Source: Flavobacteriales bacterium (GTDB taxonomy: Bacteria; Bacteroidota; Bacteroidia; Flavobacteriales; BACL11). Taken from it: DNA of 64,000 nt. The notes under the pieces are model-generated. The model was not told the origin of the DNA and ran no database searches. It saw only the letters and a program-made list of their open reading frames with translations. Shown piece by piece: positions 1 through 7,897 of the stretch. The stretch lies in NCBI GenBank assembly GCA_947502765.1, contig CANNBA010000001.1, positions 33,124 through 97,123 on the forward strand. Direction: 5' to 3'. Made by a program: the position numbers and the translations under genes. Position 1 is the first letter of the stretch. The number at the start of each line of letters is the position of its first letter.

Positions 1-531
1 ATCAATCCATGTGACTACAACCAAACAAAAGCTGCAACTATTGCAATTGCAGACCATATTGGGCCTGTATATTTAAGATTTGGAAGACCGAAAGTTCCTA
101 ATTTTACGCCAGAAAATCAGCATTTTGAAATTGGAAAAGCACTACATCTTAAAAAAGGAAATGATGTCACTATTTTTGCAACAGGACACCTAGTTTGGGA
201 AGCTTTAGAAGCTGCTAAAAGCCTAGAAAATGAAGGGATATCGGCAGAAGTAATTAATATTCATACTATTAAGCCTTTGGATAATGAGGCTATTTTAAAA
301 GCTGTGAAAAATACAAAATGTGTTGTTACTGCTGAGGAACACATGCTAAATGGAGGGCTTGGAGATAGTATTGCTCAATTACTTTCAAGAAATACCTCTA
401 CTCCTATTGAGATGGTTGGTGTTGATGATACTTTTGGGGAAAGTGGGCCACCAATGAAATTGATGGAAAAATACGGATTAACAGCTGCTGATATTATCAC
501 GGCTTCTAAAAAAGTAATAGCTAGAAAATAA
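1..531 (+). CDS. Transketolase family protein, C-terminal section (5' end outside window)
   Basis: Frame 1 is open from base 1. Translation INPCDYNQTKAATIAIADHIGPVYLRFGRPKVPNF...NIHTIKPLD...AEEHMLNGGLGDSIA fits the pyrimidine-binding/C-terminal domains of split transketolases. The listed ORF 277-531 is only the last Met-initiated part. Confidence 0.8.
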   Translation: MNPCDYNQTKAATIAIADHIGPVYLRFGRPKVPNFTPENQHFEIGKALHLKKGNDVTIFATGHLVWEALEAAKSLENEGISAEVINIHTIKPLDNEAILKAVKNTKCVVTAEEHMLNGGLGDSIAQLLSRNTSTPIEMVGVDDTFGESGPPMKLMEKYGLTAADIITASKKVIARK

Positions 532-537
532 TTTTAC

Positions 538-545
538 TATCTTTG
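538..545 (+). promoter_or_regulatory. Bacteroidota -7 promoter box (TATCTTTG, matches TAnnTTTG)
   Basis: Exact TAnnTTTG match 18 nt upstream of the ATG at 564, immediately after the transketolase stop codon. Confidence 0.4.
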
Positions 546-563
546 TAAAACAACTTTTTCAAA

Positions 564-1832
564 ATGAGAAAGACACTAGTTATTATTATTTCTTTATTTG
601 CAAATATTGCTTTTGGGCAAGTTCAACTCTTACCTTCTATTGGTTTAAGTAGTCCACCATTGGATACTGATTCAGTTTGTACAATTGTTCCAAGAACTCA
701 AGGAAATCCTTGGATTGCTGTAAATGAAGGAGATACTATGGCTGATTTCACTCTTTGGGATATCAATGGAAATGCGCTGACCCTTTCAGCAGTTTTAAAC
801 TCAGGTAAAAGAGCACTAATCGTATCTGGAAGCTATACTTGCCCTATCTTTAGGTATCATATGACAGATCTTAATGCTGTTGCTGCTCAGTTTAGTAATG
901 AAATCGAATGTTTTGTTGTATATGTTGTAGAGGCCCATCCAACAGGTAGTCCTATGCCTAGTAATGGAAATATGAACCCTACAAATCCTCCATATTATCA
1001 GCCAGCTACTTATGGGGAAAGAAAAGCAATTGTTTCAGATTTAATAAATGGAGTAGGGGCCGGTCAATATGTGCCTACACCTGTAAATGCGCCTATTTAT
1101 ATTGATGGTCCCTGTAACCAATGGTGGCAATATTATAATTCTCCTAATAATGCCTATTTAATTGATACAAATGGTGTGCTCTTTGCTTATCATAGCTGGT
1201 TTAATAATTCCAATCCTCCAAATGGACAAGCAACCAATATTTGGTGCGATATCGATAGTTTATTAGGCGTAACTTCTGGTGGATGTACGCAAATAACATC
1301 ATTAAATGGTACTTTTGATTTTCAATTAAAACCCAATGAAACTATCACAACATTTGGTAATGCAGGTGATATTATTGATATTTTTGGTGAAATAATAAAT
1401 AACTCTAGTGATGGAGTACAAGTAGATATTCAAAGAATAATGAATATACTACCTTCTAATACCTGGGAAAGTTCAATGTGTATTGGGTTCTGTTTGCCTT
1501 TCGATCAGGATACAGCCTCAGTTATTATAGCTCCTGGTGATACCCTTGATTTTTCTTTTCATTTTTTTACTGACCCCTTAATGATAGGACCTGACACTGC
1601 TAGTGCAAAAGTTAAATTTACTAATGCAAATGGAACGCAACAGTTTATCATTCAAAATTATAGAGGTATTACCTATGGCCAATCAACTCAAGTTACAGAG
1701 CTTTCTAAAACTAATTCAAGATTGAGTAAAATTATTAACTTATTGGGTAAAGAAGAACAACAAAGAAATAATCAGCTACAGATTCATATTTTTGATGATG
1801 GTAAGATAGAAAAAAGAATTGTTATAGAATAA
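564..1832 (+). CDS. Secreted thioredoxin-fold protein, iodothyronine-deiodinase-like (Cys-type), with short C-terminal sorting-like tail
   Basis: Signal peptide MRKTLVIIISLFANIAFGQ. ALIVSGSYTCPIF...FVVYVVEAHPTG parallels the deiodinase FGSxT(U/C)PxF...LVIYIEEAH active-site region. Ends LLGKE..IHIFDDGKIEKRIVIE. Confidence 0.6.
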   Translation: MRKTLVIIISLFANIAFGQVQLLPSIGLSSPPLDTDSVCTIVPRTQGNPWIAVNEGDTMADFTLWDINGNALTLSAVLNSGKRALIVSGSYTCPIFRYHMTDLNAVAAQFSNEIECFVVYVVEAHPTGSPMPSNGNMNPTNPPYYQPATYGERKAIVSDLINGVGAGQYVPTPVNAPIYIDGPCNQWWQYYNSPNNAYLIDTNGVLFAYHSWFNNSNPPNGQATNIWCDIDSLLGVTSGGCTQITSLNGTFDFQLKPNETITTFGNAGDIIDIFGEIINNSSDGVQVDIQRIMNILPSNTWESSMCIGFCLPFDQDTASVIIAPGDTLDFSFHFFTDPLMIGPDTASAKVKFTNANGTQQFIIQNYRGITYGQSTQVTELSKTNSRLSKIINLLGKEEQQRNNQLQIHIFDDGKIEKRIVIE

Positions 1833-1847
1833 TAGCATCTATCTTCT

Positions 1848-1855
1848 TACTTTTG
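1848..1855 (+). promoter_or_regulatory. -7 promoter box (TACTTTTG), predicted leaderless transcript
   Basis: TAnnTTTG match ending 4 nt before the ATG at 1860. Confidence 0.35.
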
Positions 1856-1859
1856 CCCA

Positions 1860-3041
1860 ATGAGTAATCCAAAAGACATCTTTAAACAGCACCAAGCACA
1901 AACCTTTCCTTATCCTTCATGTTTAGAGGTTGAATCATCTCAAGGAAGTTATATTACAGATGTAAAGGGAAAACAATATCTTGATTTTGTTGCAGGAGTT
2001 TCTGCTTGTACTTTAGGTCACTCCAACCCTATTATTTTAAATGCAGTAAAGAGCCAATTAGATAAATACACTCATGTAATGGTGTATGGAGAATATGTCC
2101 AAACTCCACAGTATAAGTTGGCCAAATTATTAGCAGATAATCTTCCTAAAAGTTTAAGTACCACTTATTTTACCAATTCAGGAACTGAAGCTATTGAAGG
2201 GGCTATGAAACTTGCCAAAAGAGCCACTGGAAGATCAGAGATTATCTCTTGTAAAGATTCTTATCATGGCTCTACACAAGGGGCATTAAGTATTATGGGA
2301 AATGAAGAACATAAAGCCAAATACCGTCCTTTATTGCCATATTGCAATCAAATTATTTATAATGATGTAGATTCATTAAAAAACATAACAGAGCAAACAG
2401 CAGCTGTTGTAATTGAGCCTGTACAAGGAGCCAGTGGATTTATGACTCCTAAAAATAACTTCTTACAAAAAGTAAGAGAAAAATGCAATGAAACAGGAAC
2501 GCTACTTATTTTTGATGAAATACAAACTTGTTACGGCCGCTTAGGAACACTTTTTGGATTTGAGAAATACAATATAGTACCTGATATTTTATGTTTAGCA
2601 AAAGGTATGGGCGCAGGAATGCCAATTGGCGCTTTTATTGCTTCATGGGAACTTATGAATCTTTTAACTTTTAAGCCCAAATTAGGACACATTACTACAT
2701 TTGGAGGCCATCCTGTAAGTTGTGCCGCATCTTTGGCTTGTTTAGAATATTTACTTACTTCTGATATTATGAAAGAAGTAGAGAAAAAGGAACAGCTTTT
2801 CCGAAAGCATTTAAACCATCCAAAAATTAATACAATTAGAGGAAATGGCTTGATGCTTGCTATAGAATTTGATGATGAAGATTTAGTGCAAAAAGTAGTA
2901 GAACAATCGCTTGAAAACGGACTGCTCCTTTTTTATTTCTTATTTACCAAAACCGCAATTCGTATTACTCCTCCCCTTACTATTTCTGAAAAAGAAATAA
3001 TTAAAGGTTGTGAAATAATTAAAGCAATTTTAGAAACATAA
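1860..3041 (+). CDS. Class-III PLP aminotransferase (acetylornithine/GABA aminotransferase family)
   Basis: 393 aa. SGTEAIEGAMKLAK, FDEIQTCYGRLG and LAKGMGAGMPIGAF (PLP-lysine region) are typical of class-III aminotransferases. Confidence 0.8.
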   Translation: MSNPKDIFKQHQAQTFPYPSCLEVESSQGSYITDVKGKQYLDFVAGVSACTLGHSNPIILNAVKSQLDKYTHVMVYGEYVQTPQYKLAKLLADNLPKSLSTTYFTNSGTEAIEGAMKLAKRATGRSEIISCKDSYHGSTQGALSIMGNEEHKAKYRPLLPYCNQIIYNDVDSLKNITEQTAAVVIEPVQGASGFMTPKNNFLQKVREKCNETGTLLIFDEIQTCYGRLGTLFGFEKYNIVPDILCLAKGMGAGMPIGAFIASWELMNLLTFKPKLGHITTFGGHPVSCAASLACLEYLLTSDIMKEVEKKEQLFRKHLNHPKINTIRGNGLMLAIEFDDEDLVQKVVEQSLENGLLLFYFLFTKTAIRITPPLTISEKEIIKGCEIIKAILET

Positions 3042-3070
3042 AAAAGGAGCCAATGGCTCCTTTTTTATTT
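3041..3070. terminator. Bidirectional rho-independent terminator
   Basis: AAAAA-GGAGCC-AAT-GGCTCC-TTTTTT between convergent genes (stems at 3046-3051 and 3055-3060). Confidence 0.8.
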
Positions 3071-3083
3071 CAGAAATATCTTT

Positions 3084-3516
3084 TTATTTAAAAGTACCTA
3101 CTCTAGCTTTAACATTAACTGTAGTAATTTTAGTTAATATACATAGTCCCCAAAACGGACATTGGGTTTTCTTTTCCATTTGAGGATAAAATACAAAATC
3201 ACCTCCTTCAGAACCTTCTAACAGATTATACATAGCATAAGAAGATGTAGGATCTGCTAAATATTGCCCAACAATTGGGATACTAGCAGCAGAAATACCA
3301 AAGTCAGCTGTTTTTGTCATAAATAATCTTTCTAAATCAATTCCAAGAATTAATACACTTGTTGCTTTGCCACTCTTTTGTTCTGAAAGCTTAAAATCAC
3401 TCATCTTAATATCAAACGAGAGAATTTGGTTGTTTCATTGTTTTGTGAATAGATGTACAACTTGAAAATACTAGTGCTACAATAAATAATGGTAATAATT
3501 TGTAAATTTTTTTCAT
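3084..3516 (-). pseudogene. Lipoprotein gene interrupted by a 1-nt frame change (pseudogene or sequencing error)
   Basis: A 34-codon ORF at 3412-3516 encodes only a lipobox signal peptide (MKKIYKLLPLFIVALVFSSC TSIHKTMKQPNSLV*). The 106-aa ORF 3084-3404 lacks a signal peptide. Its frame is open back to 3434, overlapping the first ORF in the +1 frame. Confidence 0.5.
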
Positions 3517-3564
3517 AATAATTTGTTATTTAGTTATTTAATTAGTTTTTAGTTATTTAATTTT

Positions 3565-3816
3565 TTAATTCCAGAAATCGCTTTTACAATCAACACCAGG
3601 TTCATCTTCCACTGACTCTATGTAATCATTAAAGTCATCTTTTGATTCAAAGTTATCACTACATACTTCTTCAATTCGATCTCCATAAGTTTCATATTCT
3701 CCAGTATATTCATTATATTCTCCTGCATACTGGTAATTACTGTTTGTGCATTCTACACATTTGTTACAGGCAGAGAACATAAAAGCTAGGGCTGCCATAA
3801 ATAATAATTTTTTCAA
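3565..3816 (-). CDS. Small acidic Cys-rich lipoprotein (mature N-terminus C-x2-C-x2-C)
   Basis: TTG start followed by KKLLFMAALAFMFSAC lipobox. Mature part is CNKCVEC..., very D/E/Y-rich, with two further Cys. Paralogue of 3892-4073. Confidence 0.6.
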   Translation of the reverse strand: MKKLLFMAALAFMFSACNKCVECTNSNYQYAGEYNEYTGEYETYGDRIEEVCSDNFESKDDFNDYIESVEDEPGVDCKSDFWN

Positions 3817-3891
3817 AATTTATTTTTTTAATTAATACTGATACAATAATACTTATTTATTTTTAACTAATTGATTTTTTTGTGGATGATT

Positions 3892-4073
3892 TTATTTACA
3901 ATCTGCACCTAATTGCTCAAGTGCTAATAATGCTGCTTGATAATCTTCATTGGAATCGAAATCATCTCGACATACTTCAGTAGTAGTGCTCTCACTTACA
4001 TAAGTGCAATCTTGACAATCAGTACAAGAAGAAAAAGCAAATGCTATTCCAAATATAAATACTATTTTTTCAT
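3892..4073 (-). pseudogene. Paralogous small Cys-rich lipoprotein with start-proximal 1-nt frame disruption in an A-run
   Basis: ATG AAA AAA TAG as written. With one more A the frame reads MKKIVFIFGIAFAFSSCTDCQDCTYVSESTTTEVCRDDFDSNEDYQAALLALEQLGADCK* (60 aa). The span is 182 nt, one short of 61 codons. Not in the ORF track. Confidence 0.5.
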
Positions 4074-4149
4074 ATTTTTTTTTAATTAATAATGGTACAA
4101 TTATACAAAAAATAGTAGCGTTAGCAAAAAAATATAAAAAATGAGGAAT

Positions 4150-4800
4150 TTAGTTTCCGGTATTTTTATCATTTAGCATAGGAACAAATGAAAAATTCCC
4201 ATGAGTCGTTATTCTGGTTTCGGTCTCTGATATTTTTTCAATCAAATGCATTACTTGTAAATCTTCATCTCCAATTGGAGCAACCATCTTACCTCCTACC
4301 TTTAGTTGCCCAAGCAAATCCTCTGGTACAAAAGGAGCCCCACAAGTAATAATGATCTTGTCAAAAGGAGCAAACTTAGGCAGTCCTTTATAACCATCAC
4401 CATAAAAAAAATTACAATTATGCCCTAGTGTAGGTAAAAATATTTTGGTTTTTTTAAAAAGTTCTCTTTGCCTTTCAATAGTATATACATCAGCATCTAA
4501 CAAACAAAGTATTGCTGCTTGATAGCCTGAACCAGTACCCACTTCTAGCACTTTTTCATAAGCTTTTATATCTAGTAATTGAGTTTGAAAAGCAACCGTA
4601 TAGGGCTGTGATATTGTTTGCCCTGCTCCTATTGGAAAAGCCTTATCCTGATAAGCAAAATTAACAAAAGCATTGTCTATAAATAAATGCCTAGGAATAG
4701 TATTTATAGCTTCTAATACTTTGCTGTTTTTAATCCCTTTTCCTTTTAACTCTTCAACTAATTGCTTGCGCAAGCCTTTATGCCTAAAACTATCCGTCAT
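4150..4800 (-). CDS. pcm: Protein-L-isoaspartate O-methyltransferase
   Basis: 216 aa. GAGQTISQPYTVAFQTQLL and the VLEVGTGSGYQAAIL SAM-binding motif. Confidence 0.9.
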   Translation of the reverse strand: MTDSFRHKGLRKQLVEELKGKGIKNSKVLEAINTIPRHLFIDNAFVNFAYQDKAFPIGAGQTISQPYTVAFQTQLLDIKAYEKVLEVGTGSGYQAAILCLLDADVYTIERQRELFKKTKIFLPTLGHNCNFFYGDGYKGLPKFAPFDKIIITCGAPFVPEDLLGQLKVGGKMVAPIGDEDLQVMHLIEKISETETRITTHGNFSFVPMLNDKNTGN

Positions 4801-4929
4801 TGTTTATTTCTCAATCAAACTTTTAAACTATTTTTGAAGCCAATTATGAATCACAAAAAAACAATAAATTTTCATTTTTTACATTAAATAATAATTGTAA
4901 ATTACACAGCAAATTGTTAATAGATAAAT

Positions 4930-5745
4930 ATGAATAGAATAATCGCACTACTACTACTTGCTAGCCTTTTCTCTTGTAAAAAAGAGAATGTTATTGAGAT
5001 TCCTTCATATATTACTATTGAAAGTATCACTCTAGATGAAAACGCAACTCATAACATTACAGATGCCTGGGTTTATATTGATGATAAGTTGCAAGGAGTT
5101 TATGAGCTTCCTGCCAGCTTTCCAGTATTGGCACAGGGAAAACACAAACTCAGAATTAAAGCAGGAATAAAAGATAATGGAATAGCAGGAACTAGAATTC
5201 CGTATCCATTTTACGCTTCATATATTATAGAAGAACAGGAATTTAATACAGAAACAACCATCTCAATTACCCCATCAGTAAGTTATCTTGAAAGTGCCAT
5301 CTTAGATGACAAGCCAGAAGACTTTGATGGCCCTGGATTAAACTTAGAGACAGATAGTTTGACCTTCTCTCAAAATATCACTAACCCTCTAAATCATTAT
5401 GGCGTTATAACACTTTCTGATTCAATATTTTTAACTGAAGTAACAACTAAAGAATTTACAAATCTTCCTCAACAAGGTGCTCCTGTTTATTTAGAACTTG
5501 ATTATAAGTGTAATACACGGTTCTTAATTGGAGTATATGTTAACTTTCCTCAATCATTAGTATTACAAAAAGAGTTACTGTGGATAACTCCAAAAGAGGA
5601 TTGGAATAAAATATATGTAAACCTAACAGCTACTATTTCAGAGGCAGTTGGAGCTGATTCTTTCAAAATATTTATCGGCATGCAAAGAGATTTTACACTA
5701 GAGAAAAATACCGTTTCTTTTGATAACCTTAAAATAGTCTATTAA
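4930..5745 (+). CDS. Hypothetical lipoprotein
   Basis: Lipobox LLLASLFSCKKE. No recognisable catalytic motif. Confidence 0.6.
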   Translation: MNRIIALLLLASLFSCKKENVIEIPSYITIESITLDENATHNITDAWVYIDDKLQGVYELPASFPVLAQGKHKLRIKAGIKDNGIAGTRIPYPFYASYIIEEQEFNTETTISITPSVSYLESAILDDKPEDFDGPGLNLETDSLTFSQNITNPLNHYGVITLSDSIFLTEVTTKEFTNLPQQGAPVYLELDYKCNTRFLIGVYVNFPQSLVLQKELLWITPKEDWNKIYVNLTATISEAVGADSFKIFIGMQRDFTLEKNTVSFDNLKIVY

Positions 5746-5758
5746 TACAACACAAAAA

Positions 5759-6649
5759 ATGAAAAATATTACAGTAATTGGTGCAGGAACTATGGGAAAT
5801 GGAATTGCTCATGCTTTTGCCCAAAAAGATTTTAATGTCAACTTAGTTGATATATCCGCAGATGCTCTAAATAAAGCTTTAGCAACCATTGAAAAAAATC
5901 TTGATCGAATGGTCAGTAAAGAAAAAATTACTGCCCAAGAAAAGGCCAATACGCTTAATAATATAAAAGTTTACACTGACATTGCTCAAGGGGTAAAAGG
6001 AGTTGATTTAGTAGTAGAAGCTGCTACTGAAAATGTGAATTTAAAACTTAAAATCTTTAAACAATTGGATGAAATTTGTGATTCCAATACTTTGTTGGCT
6101 ACCAATACATCTTCCATATCAATTACTCAAATTGGGGCTGTTACAAATCGTCCTTCTCAAGTAATAGGCATGCACTTTATGAATCCTGTTCCTATTATGA
6201 AACTAGTTGAAGTAATTCGGGGCAAAGAAACTTCTGATAAAGTAACTTCCACTATAATGGAAATGAGTAAAAATCTAGGAAAAATTCCTGTTGAGGTAAA
6301 TGATGCTCCAGGATTTGTAGCAAATCGAATATTAATGCCCATGATTAATGAGGCTATTTACACCCTACATGAAAATATATCTTCAGTTGAAGGTATTGAT
6401 ACGGTAATGATTTTAGGAATGTCTCACCCAATGGGGCCCTTACATTTAGCTGATTTTATAGGATTGGATGTGTGCCTATCTATCTTAGAAGTAATGAATG
6501 ACGGATTTGGGGGTAAAAAATACACTCCTTGCCCATTATTAGTTAATATGGTAAACTCTGGTAAATTAGGCATAAAATCAGGAGAAGGTTTTTATAATTA
6601 CTCTGAAGGACCTAACAATAAAAGAGTTGCAGCTCAATTTGCTAAATAG
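5759..6649 (+). CDS. hbd: 3-hydroxybutyryl-CoA / 3-hydroxyacyl-CoA dehydrogenase
   Basis: Rossmann motif ITVIGAGTMGNGIA, NTSSISIT, HFMNPVPIMKLVE and PGFVANRILMPMINEA are typical of the 3HCDH family. Confidence 0.85.
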   Translation: MKNITVIGAGTMGNGIAHAFAQKDFNVNLVDISADALNKALATIEKNLDRMVSKEKITAQEKANTLNNIKVYTDIAQGVKGVDLVVEAATENVNLKLKIFKQLDEICDSNTLLATNTSSISITQIGAVTNRPSQVIGMHFMNPVPIMKLVEVIRGKETSDKVTSTIMEMSKNLGKIPVEVNDAPGFVANRILMPMINEAIYTLHENISSVEGIDTVMILGMSHPMGPLHLADFIGLDVCLSILEVMNDGFGGKKYTPCPLLVNMVNSGKLGIKSGEGFYNYSEGPNNKRVAAQFAK

Positions 6650-6673
6650 ATTTTAAACTTATAGGAAATACTA

Positions 6674-7798
6674 ATGTGGGCTTTCATGTCCGCTTTTTTG
6701 TATTATTGTATTATGAATAATGAAAATCCAGAATCTCTAGCTCCTTTTAGCTGTAAATACACCCCACAAATCCCCCAATTATTAAAACAATTGAATTGCA
6801 GCATTGCAATATCTACTTACCAAGCGGGAAAAGTTGTGTTTATTTCTGCTCAAGATGAGGACAGTGTGATTCAACTTCCAAGAAACTTTGAAAAAGCAAT
6901 GGGAATCGCTGAGGATACTCAAAAAGATAAAATTGCTATTGCATGTAAAGATGAAGTTATCGTTTTTAGAAATTCTACTGATTTAGCACATTTCTATCCA
7001 AAAGCACCTAATAAATATGATGCAATGTATTTACCCAGAAATACTTTTCATACAGGAGCTATTGATATTCATGACTTAAATTTTGGAAACAATGGAGAAT
7101 TATATGCCGTAAATACTCTTTTTTCATCCATAGTAAAAATTGATGATACCTTTAATTTTACTCCTTATTGGACACCTCCTTTTATTGATAAAATTGCTTC
7201 TGAAGATAGATGTCACCTCAACGGAATGGCAATGCAAAATGGAAAACCAAAATATGCTACAGCATTTAATAATGGAAACACACCTCAAAGTTGGAGAGAA
7301 AAAGTAACTGAAAGCGGAATAATTATTGATGTGGAAACTAATACTATCGTGGCTGAGGGGTTGGCTATGCCACATACACCAAGAATTTTTAATAATGAGT
7401 TATATGTACTGCTTTCAGCAACTGGTGAATTAGTAAAAATCAATACTAATAATGGCACTTATGAAGTTATTATACAAATTGATGGTTTTGTAAGAGGTAT
7501 GAGTTTACATAAAGATTATTTGTTTATTGGACTTTCTAAACTCAGAAAAAACTCTTCAACTTTTGGCAAACTACCCTTTGCTAAAAAAGCTAATGAAGCA
7601 GGAATAGTAGTTGTTCATCTACCTACCAAAAGCATCATTGGAAAGTTAATTTATCTTACTTCTTTAGATGAAATTTACGATATTCATATACTAGCTAATA
7701 AAACACGACCAAATATCTTAAACACCTTAACTGAGGATCATAAAAAAGGTTTAATGATACCAAATACTACTTTTTGGAGAGAAGATAAAAGTAAATAG
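6674..7798 (+). CDS. Conserved hypothetical protein, resembles TIGR03032/DUF4915 family
   Basis: FSCKYTPQIPQLLKQLNCSIAISTYQAGKVVFIS... matches my recollection of the TIGR03032 N-terminal motif. The real start may be the ATG at 6713 (MNNENPE). Confidence 0.45.
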   Translation: MWAFMSAFLYYCIMNNENPESLAPFSCKYTPQIPQLLKQLNCSIAISTYQAGKVVFISAQDEDSVIQLPRNFEKAMGIAEDTQKDKIAIACKDEVIVFRNSTDLAHFYPKAPNKYDAMYLPRNTFHTGAIDIHDLNFGNNGELYAVNTLFSSIVKIDDTFNFTPYWTPPFIDKIASEDRCHLNGMAMQNGKPKYATAFNNGNTPQSWREKVTESGIIIDVETNTIVAEGLAMPHTPRIFNNELYVLLSATGELVKINTNNGTYEVIIQIDGFVRGMSLHKDYLFIGLSKLRKNSSTFGKLPFAKKANEAGIVVVHLPTKSIIGKLIYLTSLDEIYDIHILANKTRPNILNTLTEDHKKGLMIPNTTFWREDKSK

Positions 7799-7862
7799 TA
7801 ACTCAATATTATTATCTTAAAATTAATTTTCTATAACCTATTGTATTTAAATTTCTATTTCT

Positions 7863-7870
7863 TAAGTTTG
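7863..7870 (+). promoter_or_regulatory. -7 promoter box (TAAGTTTG)
   Basis: TAnnTTTG match 27 nt upstream of the ATG at 7898. Confidence 0.3.
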
Positions 7871-7897
7871 TGGACTGTATAATTAACATTGATAATA

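Noticed and set aside
835-850. Possible selenocysteine (UGA) recoding in the deiodinase-like gene
   Set aside because: The active-site residue is encoded by TGC (AGC TAT ACT TGC CCT ATC). There is no in-frame TGA, so no SECIS-type element is needed.
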